This document shows positions 13,259 to 24,710 of a stretch of DNA of 64,000 bases, one piece after another. The position numbers and the translations under genes are program-made. Position 1 is the stretch's first letter, and each line of letters starts with the position of its first letter. The stretch comes from Octopus sinensis (Eukaryota), in NCBI RefSeq assembly GCF_006345805.1, contig NC_043008.1, forward strand, positions 73,160,001-73,224,000, written 5' to 3'. Below the pieces are notes generated by a model, which worked only from the letters and a program-made list of their open reading frames with translations, was not told the origin of the DNA and did not search any database.

Positions 13259-14691
13259 AATATGTATATATATATATATATGTTTTTATTTGCATTGAAC
13301 ACTATTCAGTTGCACACACACACACACCTTCAAATACCTATATATATGTATTTTCATTCTTAAAGAGATATAGAGTTTACAGAGAGAGATCATCTGTTTT
13401 TCTTTAATGATGGATTTTTAAATGACCAGCCATATACTAAGGAGAAATTTAATCACTACCAAGCCTGCTTGGTGAGTGTAGGGTGGTTTTTAAACACCCT
13501 TCAAAATGAAGAGTCAGCAGCCATCCTGTTACATGATATATACATACATACATTCATATATACATACATACATATATATATATATATAAATATATACACA
13601 CACACACTATTAAACGCGTCCATCCTTTGGACAATTTAAGTTGTTTTGGTAGTATTTTTTTTACCAAATAACTGTACTACTGAGAAGGTTTATGAGTAAT
13701 ACAGCAATCTATGCTTCTGATTAAACTAGGAACAGAAAATGAAATTGAAAACTGGTTATTGTGGAGGTCATTGCACTTCAATGATCATAGAGCATATAAG
13801 TTTGCAAGTGATGCAAAGTAGAGCTACTGAAGTGTTTTGGTAGTAGATTATGGATAATGGCTACAAAATATAGTTGTTTTACATGAAAGTGAAATTTCTT
13901 GACAGAAACAGTTGCATAAATGGTGTAAGGAAATTGAAGAAAGCTGTTGAAACTTCTCCTCTGCAAGTTTATTTTATACAACAGCAAAGGGAGCTATTTT
14001 TTGGGAGAGATAAGCTAACAAAAGCCCCTTTATTGTCTTTCCACTTAGCCTGTGTATAAACTAACAGCAAATGCCACATAACATTAAATTGATGTGGAGC
14101 TTTCTAAAAGATATGAATAGCTTTTGCTTGTGGAAGCAAAACTCTTATGTAAAGGTTGATTCTTTGGGACAAATCATGTGATTGTTTAAAAAGGGCTAGA
14201 ACAACAATATTATAATGTATTTGAAACAACGAACAACAGTCACAATATAATGGATGAGTAAATAAGCATCCTTAAAATGAAACAATGGTATCAAAGGTAA
14301 ACAAAGATATAAGCAAATAGAAGACAGTGAAGAGAACATCACCTTTCAAGTAACTCAGAGTAGATAAAGGTAAGCTTGCCAAAGTTTAATGCAGTTTAAA
14401 TATGTAGATTAAGATAGTTTGGTATTGGATGTTCATCGCATACAGTGTTCCTAGTCAATTGAATCACCGTTTTAAGTGGACAACGAAAATACATAGACAA
14501 AAAAATATTTAAAAATATGGAAAACCCTACATACAAAAAAATATTTACGTGGGAGCTCTGGGTAAAATGTTATAGTGCATAATGATTGCTGGAACATAAG
14601 TAATGTCTGTGTAAAGTTTGGCGAAAATCGGTTGAGAATTGTGGAAATCTATGTGTTAGTCATTATACACAAACATCCTGCAATTGATATT

Positions 14692-14723
<32 letters not shown>

Positions 14724-14727
14724 TATT

Positions 14728-15008
14728 GACCAAAGCCTTGTGAGTAGATTTGGTAGACGGAAACTGAAAGAAGCCCGTTGTATATATGTATATATATGTG
14801 TATATGTTTGTGTGTTTGTGTTTGTCCCCCAACATCGCTTGACAACCGATGCTGGTGTGCTTACGTCCCCATAACTTAGTGGTTCAGCAAAAGAGACCGA
14901 TAGAATAAGTACTAGGTTTACAAAGAATAAATCCTGGGGTCGATTTTCTCAACTAAAGGCGGTGCTCCAGCATGGCCGCAGTCAAATGACTGAAACAAGT
15001 AAAAGAGT
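14728..15008 (+). mobile_element. SINE family A, 5' truncated
   Basis: Begins at GACCAAAGCC and runs to the tail. Confidence 0.8.
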
Positions 15009-15023
15009 ATATGAATTTTTGCG

Positions 15024-15331
15024 TAATGAGATAAAAAACCAAGGCTGTATAGATATTAAAGCATTTATAGATAGACAGTCTTACAGCTGTTTCTAGGATA
15101 TTAATTAATAATATCCCTTCATCAAAGATGGTGTTTAGTTTTGATGTGATAGAAATAGAGAGTAAGGTGGAGGAAAGAAAATAGATGTAACAAACTATGA
15201 CTTAATTTTTCCTCTCACACCATCTCCGATGAAGGGATATTATTAATCAATATCCTGGGAAACAGTTGTAAGACCTTCTTCTATCTATAAATGCTCTAAT
15301 ATCTATACAGCCTTGGCTTTTTATCTCATTA
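15024..15331. mobile_element. Head-to-head inverted pair of HHR family 3 terminal repeats
   Basis: 15024-15134 is the reverse complement of ~15217-15331; both arms end in TTATCTCATTA; HHR motifs at 15078-15130 (-, core TTGATGA) and 15219-15273 (+, core CCGATGA), each with one core mutation. Confidence 0.75.
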
Positions 15332-16132
15332 TGTTGACATAGAACCAATGTTGAGCCCTTTATTCACAATATTACTGAATCTGCAACTTAACTATGGTTT
15401 GTCTATAGCATTTATTCAGTATTACCTGACACCTTTGGGTCTCAATGACACCATTATCTCTTATATATATTTATATGTATATGTATGTATGTATCATTTA
15501 ATGTACGAAGTATTAAAATGAGCACTACTAATCATTTCTTGTCATTAAAACATGTGGTTGAACAGGTTTTCATAATGTGCCTTGTCTCCAAACATTCTTT
15601 GGGCTCTGAACACATGTTTTGATCTATTTGAAAATTAGGATACTGGTACATGAGAAACTATGAGAAAACAGCCTGCCTAACAAGTGTCTTAATGGCAAGA
15701 AACTATTGATAGCTCTTGTTTTAATACTCTGAACATTAAATGATATTCATCTCTCAATGGATGGAATACCATTTTGTTGATCTCACCTTAACAGAACAGC
15801 AAATTATGTGGTGGTGGTTGGGGATGGAGGTTGTGTGTATTTTGTGAGGACTTAGAAATTTCTGGTTTGCTACCCAGGTGCAGATTTGACCAGCCAGAGT
15901 AGGTTAGACTCTAAGTCATGGTAAAGGTAAGAAAGACAGAAGATGGAGAACTGTAATAGAAAAATCCTGCAGTCTGATGGTCATTGTGTTTGGGGAAAAC
16001 ATTTGCACTAACTTTTTGCTATCGGCATTTCCAAATATTGTGGTTGATCCTACACAAACCTTCACTACTGAAAACAAATCTTTAATGTCCTGATAGGTTG
16101 CAATTGACAAGCGAACACACACGCACACATAA

Positions 16133-16724
16133 AGTAAAGTGAGTAGCCACATCAAAGTGGCAGATGAATGCTACTATTAGTTTAACCCCAAGCGGATTCT
16201 CCACCAGCTGGTTTTCGGTGCAAGCTTTGCACCTTTTATATACAATATATCACTAGTAGAGGGAACAAACCCCTACTACCTTCCAGCAGCTGACAGGATT
16301 GCAAGACTGTTTAGTATGCATTACTACTGTATCTCTTCCTGAGATTTTATAACTAGCTATTTTGTTTCTTGCAAATCAATGACCGATGGTCACTTTGTTT
16401 ACAGTATATCACTGGCAGAAGTGGATCTTAGCTATCATTCCACTGTGCAGGTGCACGTGGCTGATGTGAGCCAAATAGCTCAAAACTGGCTGGTCCTGTG
16501 ATCCTGTCAGCTGCTGGAGGGTAGTAATGGTTCATTCCCCCTGCTAGCGATATATTGTATATAAAGGGTGCAGAGCTCATACCGAAAACCACCTGGCGGA
16601 GAATCTGCCTGGGGTTAAACTAGTAGTACCATTCACCTGCCACTCTGATGTGGCATCTCTATTTACTGTTTAGTATACATTACTTATTCTATCTCTTCTT
16701 GAGATTTTATGACTAGCTACTTTG
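16133..16724 (+). mobile_element. Retrozyme-like / PLE-like element: inverted arm plus 359-nt terminally redundant unit (HHR family 1)
   Basis: A ~59-bp direct repeat at 16306-16364 and 16665-16724 (offset 359); 16133-16307 is an inverted copy (~85% by eye) of 16493-16667; HHR motif in the middle. Confidence 0.7.
16447..16507 (+). ncRNA. Degenerate extended type I hammerhead ribozyme
   Basis: GCAGGTGCAC-GTGG-CTGATGT-GAGC[CAAATA]GCTC-AAAAC-TGGCTG-GTC|CTGTGATCCTGT; perfect helix II; two core changes (A9>T; G12>A at a CpG); helix I and III mismatches fit CpG decay. Confidence 0.7.
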
Positions 16725-16960
16725 CTTATATATATGTATAATCATCATTTAATATCCACATTTCTATGCTTCCATGGGTCAGATGGAATTTGTTGTTGTT
16801 GTTTGTGTGTGTGTGCACGCATGTATCATTATTCATCATTCACAGAAGTATTTAGTGTTTCTGCTTAACCACTCTTCAGCAATCACCTTTTGCTCCCTAC
16901 CCCCTAACCTTTTCTTTATTACTTATTTCTTTCATTCTCTTTCCTCGCTCTGTCTGTCTG

Positions 16961-16995
<35 letters not shown>

Positions 16996-17443
16996 GTATC
17001 TTACTATCTTTATAGTTTAACTTCTGTTAAATGTTCTTCTATTGATGTTTATCTTTTTCAGATCTTGTTATTCCCAGTTTTCTCTTCCTGCCATTTTTCC
17101 TTCTTCCCCTGACTTTATTCACATACCCTCTTCACTCCTCCCTATTTCACTCCCATCCTCATCTTTTTTTCTCTCCCTCTCTCCTCCCTCTCTCTAGTGA
17201 AGGAATCATTGACTGATGAATTCTAAATTTAGACAATTTTGGAAATGTACCAATGTGTTTTGAAAATGTTTGGAATTAAAGAATATAAATGTGTATATAT
17301 ATTTGTGTGTGTGTGGATGTGAGTATTTATGTGTAGGTGTCAAATCTGCCAGTGCTATTAAGGATAGGATTTCATTATCATCTCTATAAAATGCTTTCAT
17401 TGATTTGTGACTCAGCCTCTCATAACTGTAGTTCAATCTTAAC

Positions 17444-17559
17444 CTGTGCATGAAGGATCTGTCTCCTGTTACATGAACTAAGCTGAAGGCTAGCCATTGG
17501 CATATTAAAACCGGAGACTTTGGGTAAATGGGTGTCATTAGTTTTGGCTAACAGTTCAC
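17444..17559 (-). CDS. Candidate internal exon of an unidentified gene (phase 1 to 0)
   Basis: Acceptor TTTTACTTCTTTTAG|G, donor CAG|GTTAAG; open frame ELLAKTNDTHLPKVSGFNMPMASLQLSSCNRRQILHAQ; all plus-strand frames contain stops; non-repetitive sequence; no protein family recognised. Confidence 0.42.
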
Positions 17560-19786
17560 CTAAAAGAAGTAAAACTCGTATTGCAAACTTCCATGGCCCT
17601 GCAGTTTTACTCACCATTCAGAAGAGTTAAGAGGGTAAACCCTAATTTATACCCAGTGCCAGAGTCCTAAGAAATCAATGTGGTGAATTTTATTAATCTT
17701 TTGTTTGCTATCTCCTGCAGCCAGCGAGACAACTATTTATAAAGGTTTTCATATCAATGGACATTAATATTAAAGGTGAAGAGGTTGGAACTATTTCCCT
17801 CTGCCATGACTTTCCTCATCATAATACACACGTAAAACATTTGAGAGGGACGTCTTTAATTTTCTTTTCTCTCACAGCTCCTTCAGTGAAGAATGAATCA
17901 TGAACTAACAATAACAGGTGACAACAAAGTTGCATTTATAAACTCAGTATAGGAGTGGGGCTTGGATTAACAACTGGTCTTTGCTCAGTCATCATTGAAT
18001 TTTGCCAGGCATCCAAGTTACATCGGATGTCTGGCAACATCCAATGTAATTTGAAAATTCTTTTTAGGATAGCACTGCCTACTCTGATTTCGAAAAACTG
18101 TCTGCAAGCAATAATAAATCTCTGAACTGTTTACATCTCGTTCAGAGATTTATTATTGACTGCCTACTCTATAATCAAGGAAAGACCTAGTAAAGGTAGC
18201 CTAAACATCACCAGCCCCAAGATGCAGCTGGTAGCCCAGGCTAACATGCAGGTGAGATTTAAATAGTTCATGCTTGATGAAGTTTGGCAGGTTGTTTATG
18301 TACTACTTCAAGTTGGGCAATGTTTTTAGATAGTATGTTGTGTTGTGGGCTCAGTTATGGCTTCTGCATTTGTTTACACTTGTTTCTTTATCATATGCAA
18401 CGCTCCAGTTGTTACTAGTATTGTTTTTTTACTTTTATGCTCCATATCTTGAATATTTCCGTTTTGAGATCTTTGTATACAAGATATGCTGGAGGTTTCT
18501 TCATGGACTCATATGACAGGGAATTCAGTTTAGGATTGACATCAAAGAAACTGACTATTATAACATTCAGTCACCATCAGAAAGTTAAAATTCCCCTATG
18601 ACTGCATGACTCATTTCTTCACTTTTGTATGAAGAACACAGCACTTTCAAATAACCCTGCAGTGTGGTTGATATTAAGAAGGGCATCCAGTGGTAAAAAA
18701 AATCCTGCCAAAACAGACACTGAAAACTGGTGCAGTCTTCTGCCTAACCAGCTCTTGTCAAACCATCTGTCCAACCTGTGCCAGCAGGGAAAGCAGATGT
18801 TAAATTATGGTGATGATGGTGATGATTATAATGATGAAATAGAGAAGCAGAAAAATTTTTAGGAAATAATTAAAATGATGTGTACTCTGTTTTACAGGTG
18901 TATTTTATGTCATTTGCTTCCAACTATCATCATTTAATGCTCAATTTACTATACCTGCATGAACTAAATGGAATTTGCTGAGGCATATTTTCTATGGCTT
19001 GATACTTTTCCTATCACCTGTTTCCTTGCAAGTTAATATTTCCCAAGGTCAGACAGGTTTCTCCCAGAAGACTGGAAATAAACAACACTTGCATGACTAT
19101 GATGCTTGTTTACAACCATAATATGACAGCAAACCAAGGATATACACACTCACAAACATGGAGAGAGGGGGAGAGAGAGAGAAAAACAAGAGAAGATACA
19201 TTTATAATTATATACAAGTATATAACATGTTGACAGTGACCAACTGTCTGTGTTTCCGACAACTCAAACATTGTTCATTATTGAAGTATGGAAGATGGAA
19301 AAATATTTATTCAACTTTGAAAATATAAGTAAAGTGATTAATTAGTCAATGTACTTGTGTACAGTAATTAGTTTTTCTATGTATCTTCATTAGTCATGCT
19401 TCAGTTACTATGAGTAATTAAACAAAGTTATTCTCTCAGCAAGACATGCCATGGTCAGACTCTTCCAGAGAGAGAAAGAGAGAGACAAACAGACAGACAC
19501 ACACACACATGCACACACTCTAATAGATAGACAGACTGACAAACAGACGTACAGATGTTGATATAAAGAGAAAGAGAGTGAGAGAGATATAAAAGAAATA
19601 TTGAAATGACATCATTTTCTTTAAATACTCAACTCAGCTAATTTACAGAAACTGCTACATCTTCCATTGTATTATAATATCACACAAGATAACAAATGAA
19701 ATAAGGTTTTCTACATAATAACAAATGATAATGATTAATATTGGTACCTTTGTCATCATCATCATTATTCTCCTCCCCTTCTTATT

Positions 19787-19997
19787 CACTGGGGGAAATG
19801 CTTAGTGGCATTTCATCTGTCCCTATTTTCTGAGTTCAATTTCTGCCAAGATTGACTTTGCTTTCATCTTTTCAGGGTCGATAAAGTAAGTAACAGTGAA
19901 ACACTGGGATCAATGTAATCAACTAGCCCCCTCCCCAAAAAATTCAGGCCTTGTACCTAAAGTAGAGAGAATAATAATAACAATAATAATAATAATA

Positions 19998-20029
<32 letters not shown>

Positions 20030-20225
20030 GGCAGTGAGCTGGCAGAATCGTTAGTATGCTGGGCAAAAATGCTTAGCAGCATTTCATCTGTCTTTACATT
20101 CAGAGTTCAAATTCCATCAAGGTCAACTTTCATCCTTTCGATAAATTGAGTACCAGTTAAGTACTGGGGGTGTTGTAATCAACAATTCCCGAAATTGCTG
20201 GCCTTGTGGCAAAATTTGAAACTAT
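19787..20225 (+). mobile_element. Two SINE family B copies (19787-19970 partial, 20030-20225) separated by (AAT)n/(TTA)n
   Basis: Homology to family B; flanked by trinucleotide repeats. Confidence 0.78.
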
Positions 20226-20261
20226 TATCATCATCATCATCATCATTATTATTATTATTAT

Positions 20262-20600
20262 TCCTTCATAACACAGTATAGGTAAAAATGCACCTTAGTT
20301 TTTAGTCATCTGTCAAGTCACAACAAGGACCTCAGACAGATAATGCTTTCCTTAAGATGCCTGCTGTGCCCAATAAGGCTGCCTTTTTGCAAGACATCAA
20401 TCTTGCATGGGACTTCTAGTTGCCTTAAGAAGCCTTGAAGTTTCAATGGGATTGAGCCCAACTCTCCGATCACCACTGGTATCACATTTACATTACCCTC
20501 TCGCATTCCATACAGTCTTGCCATTTCCAATTTCAATTCGGAGTACTTGGTGATTTTTTGCAACCTCTTTACTGTCATTTGGTATGGCTATGTCAGTATT
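20262..20600 (-). mobile_element. R4/Dong 3'-end fragment
   Basis: KITKYSELKLEMARLYGMREGNVNVIPVVIGELGSIP (RLE C-terminus); ATT-type microsatellite on both sides. Confidence 0.75.
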
Positions 20601-20954
20601 TGCCTCTCTTATTCAATTATCATTATTATTATTATTTCATATTTTCAGGCAAATTTTTACTGCATCACCTGGTACATCTCCCAATCCCTGAAGTGGGTGC
20701 CGCATTATGCTCCTGTTTTTTTGCTCACAGTGGGAAGTACAAGTCACTTCTCATTTGTTTCATTATGGAGATTAACTTGAGTCTTTTGTTGTATTAGTGC
20801 TTGTACTGTGTGTTGTGTGTGTGTGTTTGTAATGTGAGCGGTGTTAGTATTCTGTTGGGTGTCCATCTTGTAGAGTACATGTAATGTGGGTTGTTTATTT
20901 TATTTGATACTTCATGTATTTGTCGATTGCTTTATTTGGGCTATGCTATTGAAT

Positions 20955-21725
20955 TGATAATGTCTTGTACCAGATGTGGGCTGCTCCTAGGAGGGTTATT
21001 TTTTGAAAAACTCCTACCTCTACTGGTGACAAAGAGCCTCTCGCTCAGAGTGAAAGGTAGACTGTATGATGCATATGAGGGAGCTGCTATGCTACATGGC
21101 AGTTAAACATGGCCAATGACTGCTAAAGACATGCGTAGGCTTGAAAGAAATGAAGCTAGTATAATCCGCTGGATGTGTAATATCAGTGTGCACACACAAC
21201 AGAGTGTAAGCAACCTAAGAGAAATGTTAAACATAACAAGCTTCAGATGTGGTGTGCAAGAGAGACAACTGTGCTGGTATAGTCATGTGCTACGTATGGA
21301 TGAGAGGAGCTGTGTGAAGAATTGGAAGGAACCCATGGAAGAGGGAGACCTAAAAAGACATGAAATGAAGTGGTGAAGCATGACCTTCAAATGTTGGGCC
21401 TCACAGGGGTGATGGCAAGAGACTGAAACCTCTGGAGATATGCTGCGATTGAGTAGACCAGCAAGTAAAATGAGGTCACAGCCATAGCCTATACCAGTGT
21501 CACACAACCAGCCCATTTAAAAAGTACCTTTGACTCGTTGGGTGACATGCTGTGCTTGAGGAAACCTATTGAGTTAAGTAAAATCAGAAATCAAAATTGG
21601 AAATTGTTGTGGCTGATGCTTGTGCTGCCTGACTGGCTCTCATGCTGCTGGCACGCAATAAGCACCATTCATGTGTGGGTCATTGCCAGTGCTGCCTGAC
21701 TGGCTCCCTGTGCCAGTGGCACATA
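20955..21725 (+). mobile_element. RTE-clade LINE 3' fragment
   Basis: LSLRVKGRLYDAY...AMLHGS..W and DMRRLERNEASIIRWMCNISV...QERQLCWYSHVLRM, followed by a 3' UTR with tandem GCCAGT..ACTGGC units. Confidence 0.75.
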
Positions 21726-21727
21726 AA

Positions 21728-22900
21728 AAGCAAGATTATTCCCAGCCCAAGATTATTATGTCTGGGTAATTCACTTCAGTTTCTTTGTCAGTTTGAACAG
21801 TCATATCTCACTTGATTGTGTCCCAGTCATTGTTGTGCACCTTAATTGGCGCATGTTTATGCCATGTCTTGTTTGTTTTTATGTTGTACTTTTGGCATAT
21901 TGCCCAGTCAATATAACAGCCTGCTTGGACATATCTGTATAAATATTCAGATTTGGCTACAACTGAGTAGCCAGACATGATGTGGTCAACTATCTCATTG
22001 CGCTTGTTGCTCATTCTGAATTTGGCCTAAGAGCTTGTTTTCATTATTTTGCTTTTATAGTTATTTGTTGTCAGGCATTCCTTTTGTGCAGTGAGAATTA
22101 TTCCTATTTTTACTTTTAGTCCAAAGCGTTTCAGCCATTGCTGGCTTTCACTTCAGCTCATTTCATCTCAGTCAAGTCTTGCAGGGCATTGGTCAAGGAG
22201 TGATTTTTCTCTACATTTCTTCTTTATTATGTTTTGTAGTTCTGTTTTTATGTTGTTTTTTTTTGTTTCTTTAATTATTTCTGTGTTGTCATCTGAGTTT
22301 GGTGTTTCAGTGCAATTTATTTCTGCTTTGTATTCTGTCATTTCTGTGTGTACAGAGAAAGTGTTTTATTTTTCATATTTCTTTGTTATATGTAAAAGTA
22401 ACCCATTTTTTAAAGAATTCTTCTAATTCAACTGTTGTTACTTTATAGTAGTTCTCTGCTTTATGCTTCATCCTCCTTCAGAGTAGGGTAGATATATTTT
22501 GGGGTGGTGAATTTGGCAAGCTGTGAATAGTTTTCTGATTTTTCTATCTGAGTTTCTCAATTAACTCATCTTCCAGTTTATTATATTGAAGCTGTAATTT
22601 ATGATTGATATGGCTAGCATTTTTATCCTTACTAGCTTTGAGTTCAAGGCTCAATATTAGTCTAACTCTTCTGCTTTACTCTCTCCTAACTTTCTCTTTC
22701 ATTTCTATGTTGTATTTTTGCTATTTCATTTATTCCTAGATATTTTCATGAGAGATTGTGGTCTAAGTCCCTGGTTTCTGTATCTATGTAAAGTGCAGTG
22801 TTTTTAGTGCTGATTAATTTGCCTCTTCTGAATGCCACTTTGGCACATTTGTCCAATTCCATTCTCATCCACTCGTCTTTGCTGAAACTATGGACAATAT
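21728..22900 (-). mobile_element. R4/Dong internal fragment (post-RT and CCHC region)
   Basis: VDHIMSGYSVVAKSEYLYRYVQAGCYIDWAICQKYNI...WHKHAP matches the conserved HxxSGC...RH region of RLE-type LINEs. Confidence 0.65.
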
Positions 22901-22984
22901 TTAGGTTTTCCTGTTCACTGGATATTCATAGTAAAATATTTTAATTTTCACTATTATTGTTATCCTCTTCACTTTATCACAGGT

Positions 22985-23445
22985 TTTCTTGGAGCTCCTA
23001 GTGTGTTGCATGCGTAGCACAGCCTATGGTATCATGCTATCCATTCTTTTCAGCTATCTAATACTTACTTGATTATTCTGGCCATGCCAAGGAGGTAAAC
23101 CTTTTGTGACAGTTCTACTGGGAACTGTATTCCAATTTCCTTTATATTCTCTTGATGTCTTCTGATACTGTTCCCAAGGACACAACAATAATTGGCACTA
23201 TCTTCACCTTCTTCATTTTCCATAGCCAGGCTATTCCGTACTTAAGAAGGTTGTGTCTATCTACCTTTTTGTCTTCCTTAACTATTTGCGGGTCAAAGGG
23301 GCATGCGACATCAACTATATAGCATATGTGGTGCACCTTGTCCATCACCACTAGGTCAGGTATGTTATTCTCTAGCATCTGATCTGTTTGGATTGAGAAA
23401 TCCTAAAGGATTTTGCTAGTCTCCGACTCTGCCACTCTCTGCAGT
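22985..23445 (-). mobile_element. 5'-truncated R4/Dong fragment (restriction-like endonuclease domain and 3' UTR)
   Basis: NNIPDLVVMDK...IVDVACPFDPQIVKEDKKVDRHNLLKYGIAWLWKMKKVKIVPIIVVSLG is a PD..D-type RLE domain; the 5' junction lies at (TTA)n. Confidence 0.82.
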
Positions 23446-23460
23446 CTATTATTATTATTA

Positions 23461-23919
23461 TTGAGTGAGAGAGCAGTGCATGCCATCAAAGTGACACTGG
23501 GGTAAAATATACGAAGCCCAATATACTCATCATGACTACCCGTCTGATAAAGGTACACCAGGCACATGCATCACAACCATATGTGCGCGACATGGTGATC
23601 TCAATCAAGATAAACAGCACATGACCTTGCAGGTGGGGCCCAGTTAGAATTTTCTTCAGGTTGAGTAGCCCATCCCGCTCAAAAGGTCCCTGAATAAGGA
23701 TTGTTTAAGGATGTTGAAAGAACCACCCATGTTTCCAGAGGTGAACTATTCAAACCCCAAAGAATCCCTCTCAACACATGGCTATGATGCTCCCCCACTA
23801 CTTCTGCTCGTGATCAGAGTTGCACATATCGTCAGCCACTAAGGGACATGCTCGACTGGTTAAGGTCAAACAACTGACAAGCAAATCTGTGGTATTGAGC
23901 AGAATATTTGCTGTAGCCC
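23461..23919 (-). mobile_element. Repeat family C, ~460 bp, non-coding, (AAT)n-bounded
   Basis: Homologous partial copies at 50881-51187 (-) and 54220-54582 (+); no tRNA boxes or ORF seen; (AAT)n at both ends on its own strand. Confidence 0.75.
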
Positions 23920-23943
23920 ATTATTGTTATTATTATTATTATT

Positions 23944-24156
23944 GAGGGAGCTGGCAGACTCATTAGCACACTTGGTGAAATAATTAGTGGTACTTCATCT
24001 GCCACTAAGTTCTGAGTTCACATTCTGGAGAGGTCAGCTTTGCCTTTCATCCTTTCAGTTTCAATAAATTAAGCACCGGTAAAACACCAGGGTCGATGTT
24101 ATCAACTAGTCCACTCCTCCAAAATTTCAGGCCTTGTATCTTTTGTAGAAAAGATT
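23944..24156 (+). mobile_element. SINE family B
   Basis: Homology to family B; (TTA)n-like sequence on both sides. Confidence 0.75.
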
Positions 24157-24480
24157 ATTAATATTAGCATTCTTATTATTATCATTATTATCCTCTCTTT
24201 TTGTGAGTTATTTATGTCACACTTCAGCTCCATGCCTCAGCTTAGAGAGGCAATACTTTTCTCAACAAGTGTGCCATTCTAAGTATTGCTGCCAACTGAA
24301 TACTTCCTATTAAGTTTGATATTTGAAGTTTTTGATGCCAGAATATTGCTTTCTTTGAGATGGTCCCCAAAGCATCAGTCACATGAGTATCACACTCACT
24401 TCCTTTGCAATATTCAGTAAGTATATCTATGTTGATGAAGGTCTATTCTTTGGTCTCCTTTTGTGGGCAAGTGATATCTG

Positions 24481-24710
24481 ATTTGTTTATTGCCCACAAG
24501 GGGCTAAACATAGAGGGGACAAGCAAGGAAAGACAAAGGGATTAAGTCGATTACATCGACACCAGTGCGTAACTGGTACTTAATTTATCGACCTCGAAAG
24601 GATGAAAGGCAAAGTCGACCTTGGCGGAATTTGAACTCAGAATGTAACAGCAGACGAAATACTGCTAAGCATTTCACCTGGCATGCTGACGTTTCTGCCA
24701 GCTCGCCGCC
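24481..24710 (-). mobile_element. SINE family B (tRNA-like head GGCGGCGAGCTGGCAGAA), alternative tail, with 17-bp TSD
   Basis: Perfect TSD TGGGCAAGTGATATCTG at 24464-24480 and 24711-24727; body GTCGACTTTGCCTTTCATCCTTTCGAGGTCGATAAATTAAGTACCAG. Confidence 0.88.

Noticed and set aside
14500-14700. Helitron/DINE-like 3' end fragment
   Set aside because: Only a short resemblance, with no second diagnostic end visible.
17210-17250. CTGATGA...GAAA spacing resembling a hammerhead
   Set aside because: No coherent helices I-III.
23640-23670. CTGAAGA in family C as a ribozyme core
   Set aside because: No downstream stem followed by GAAA.
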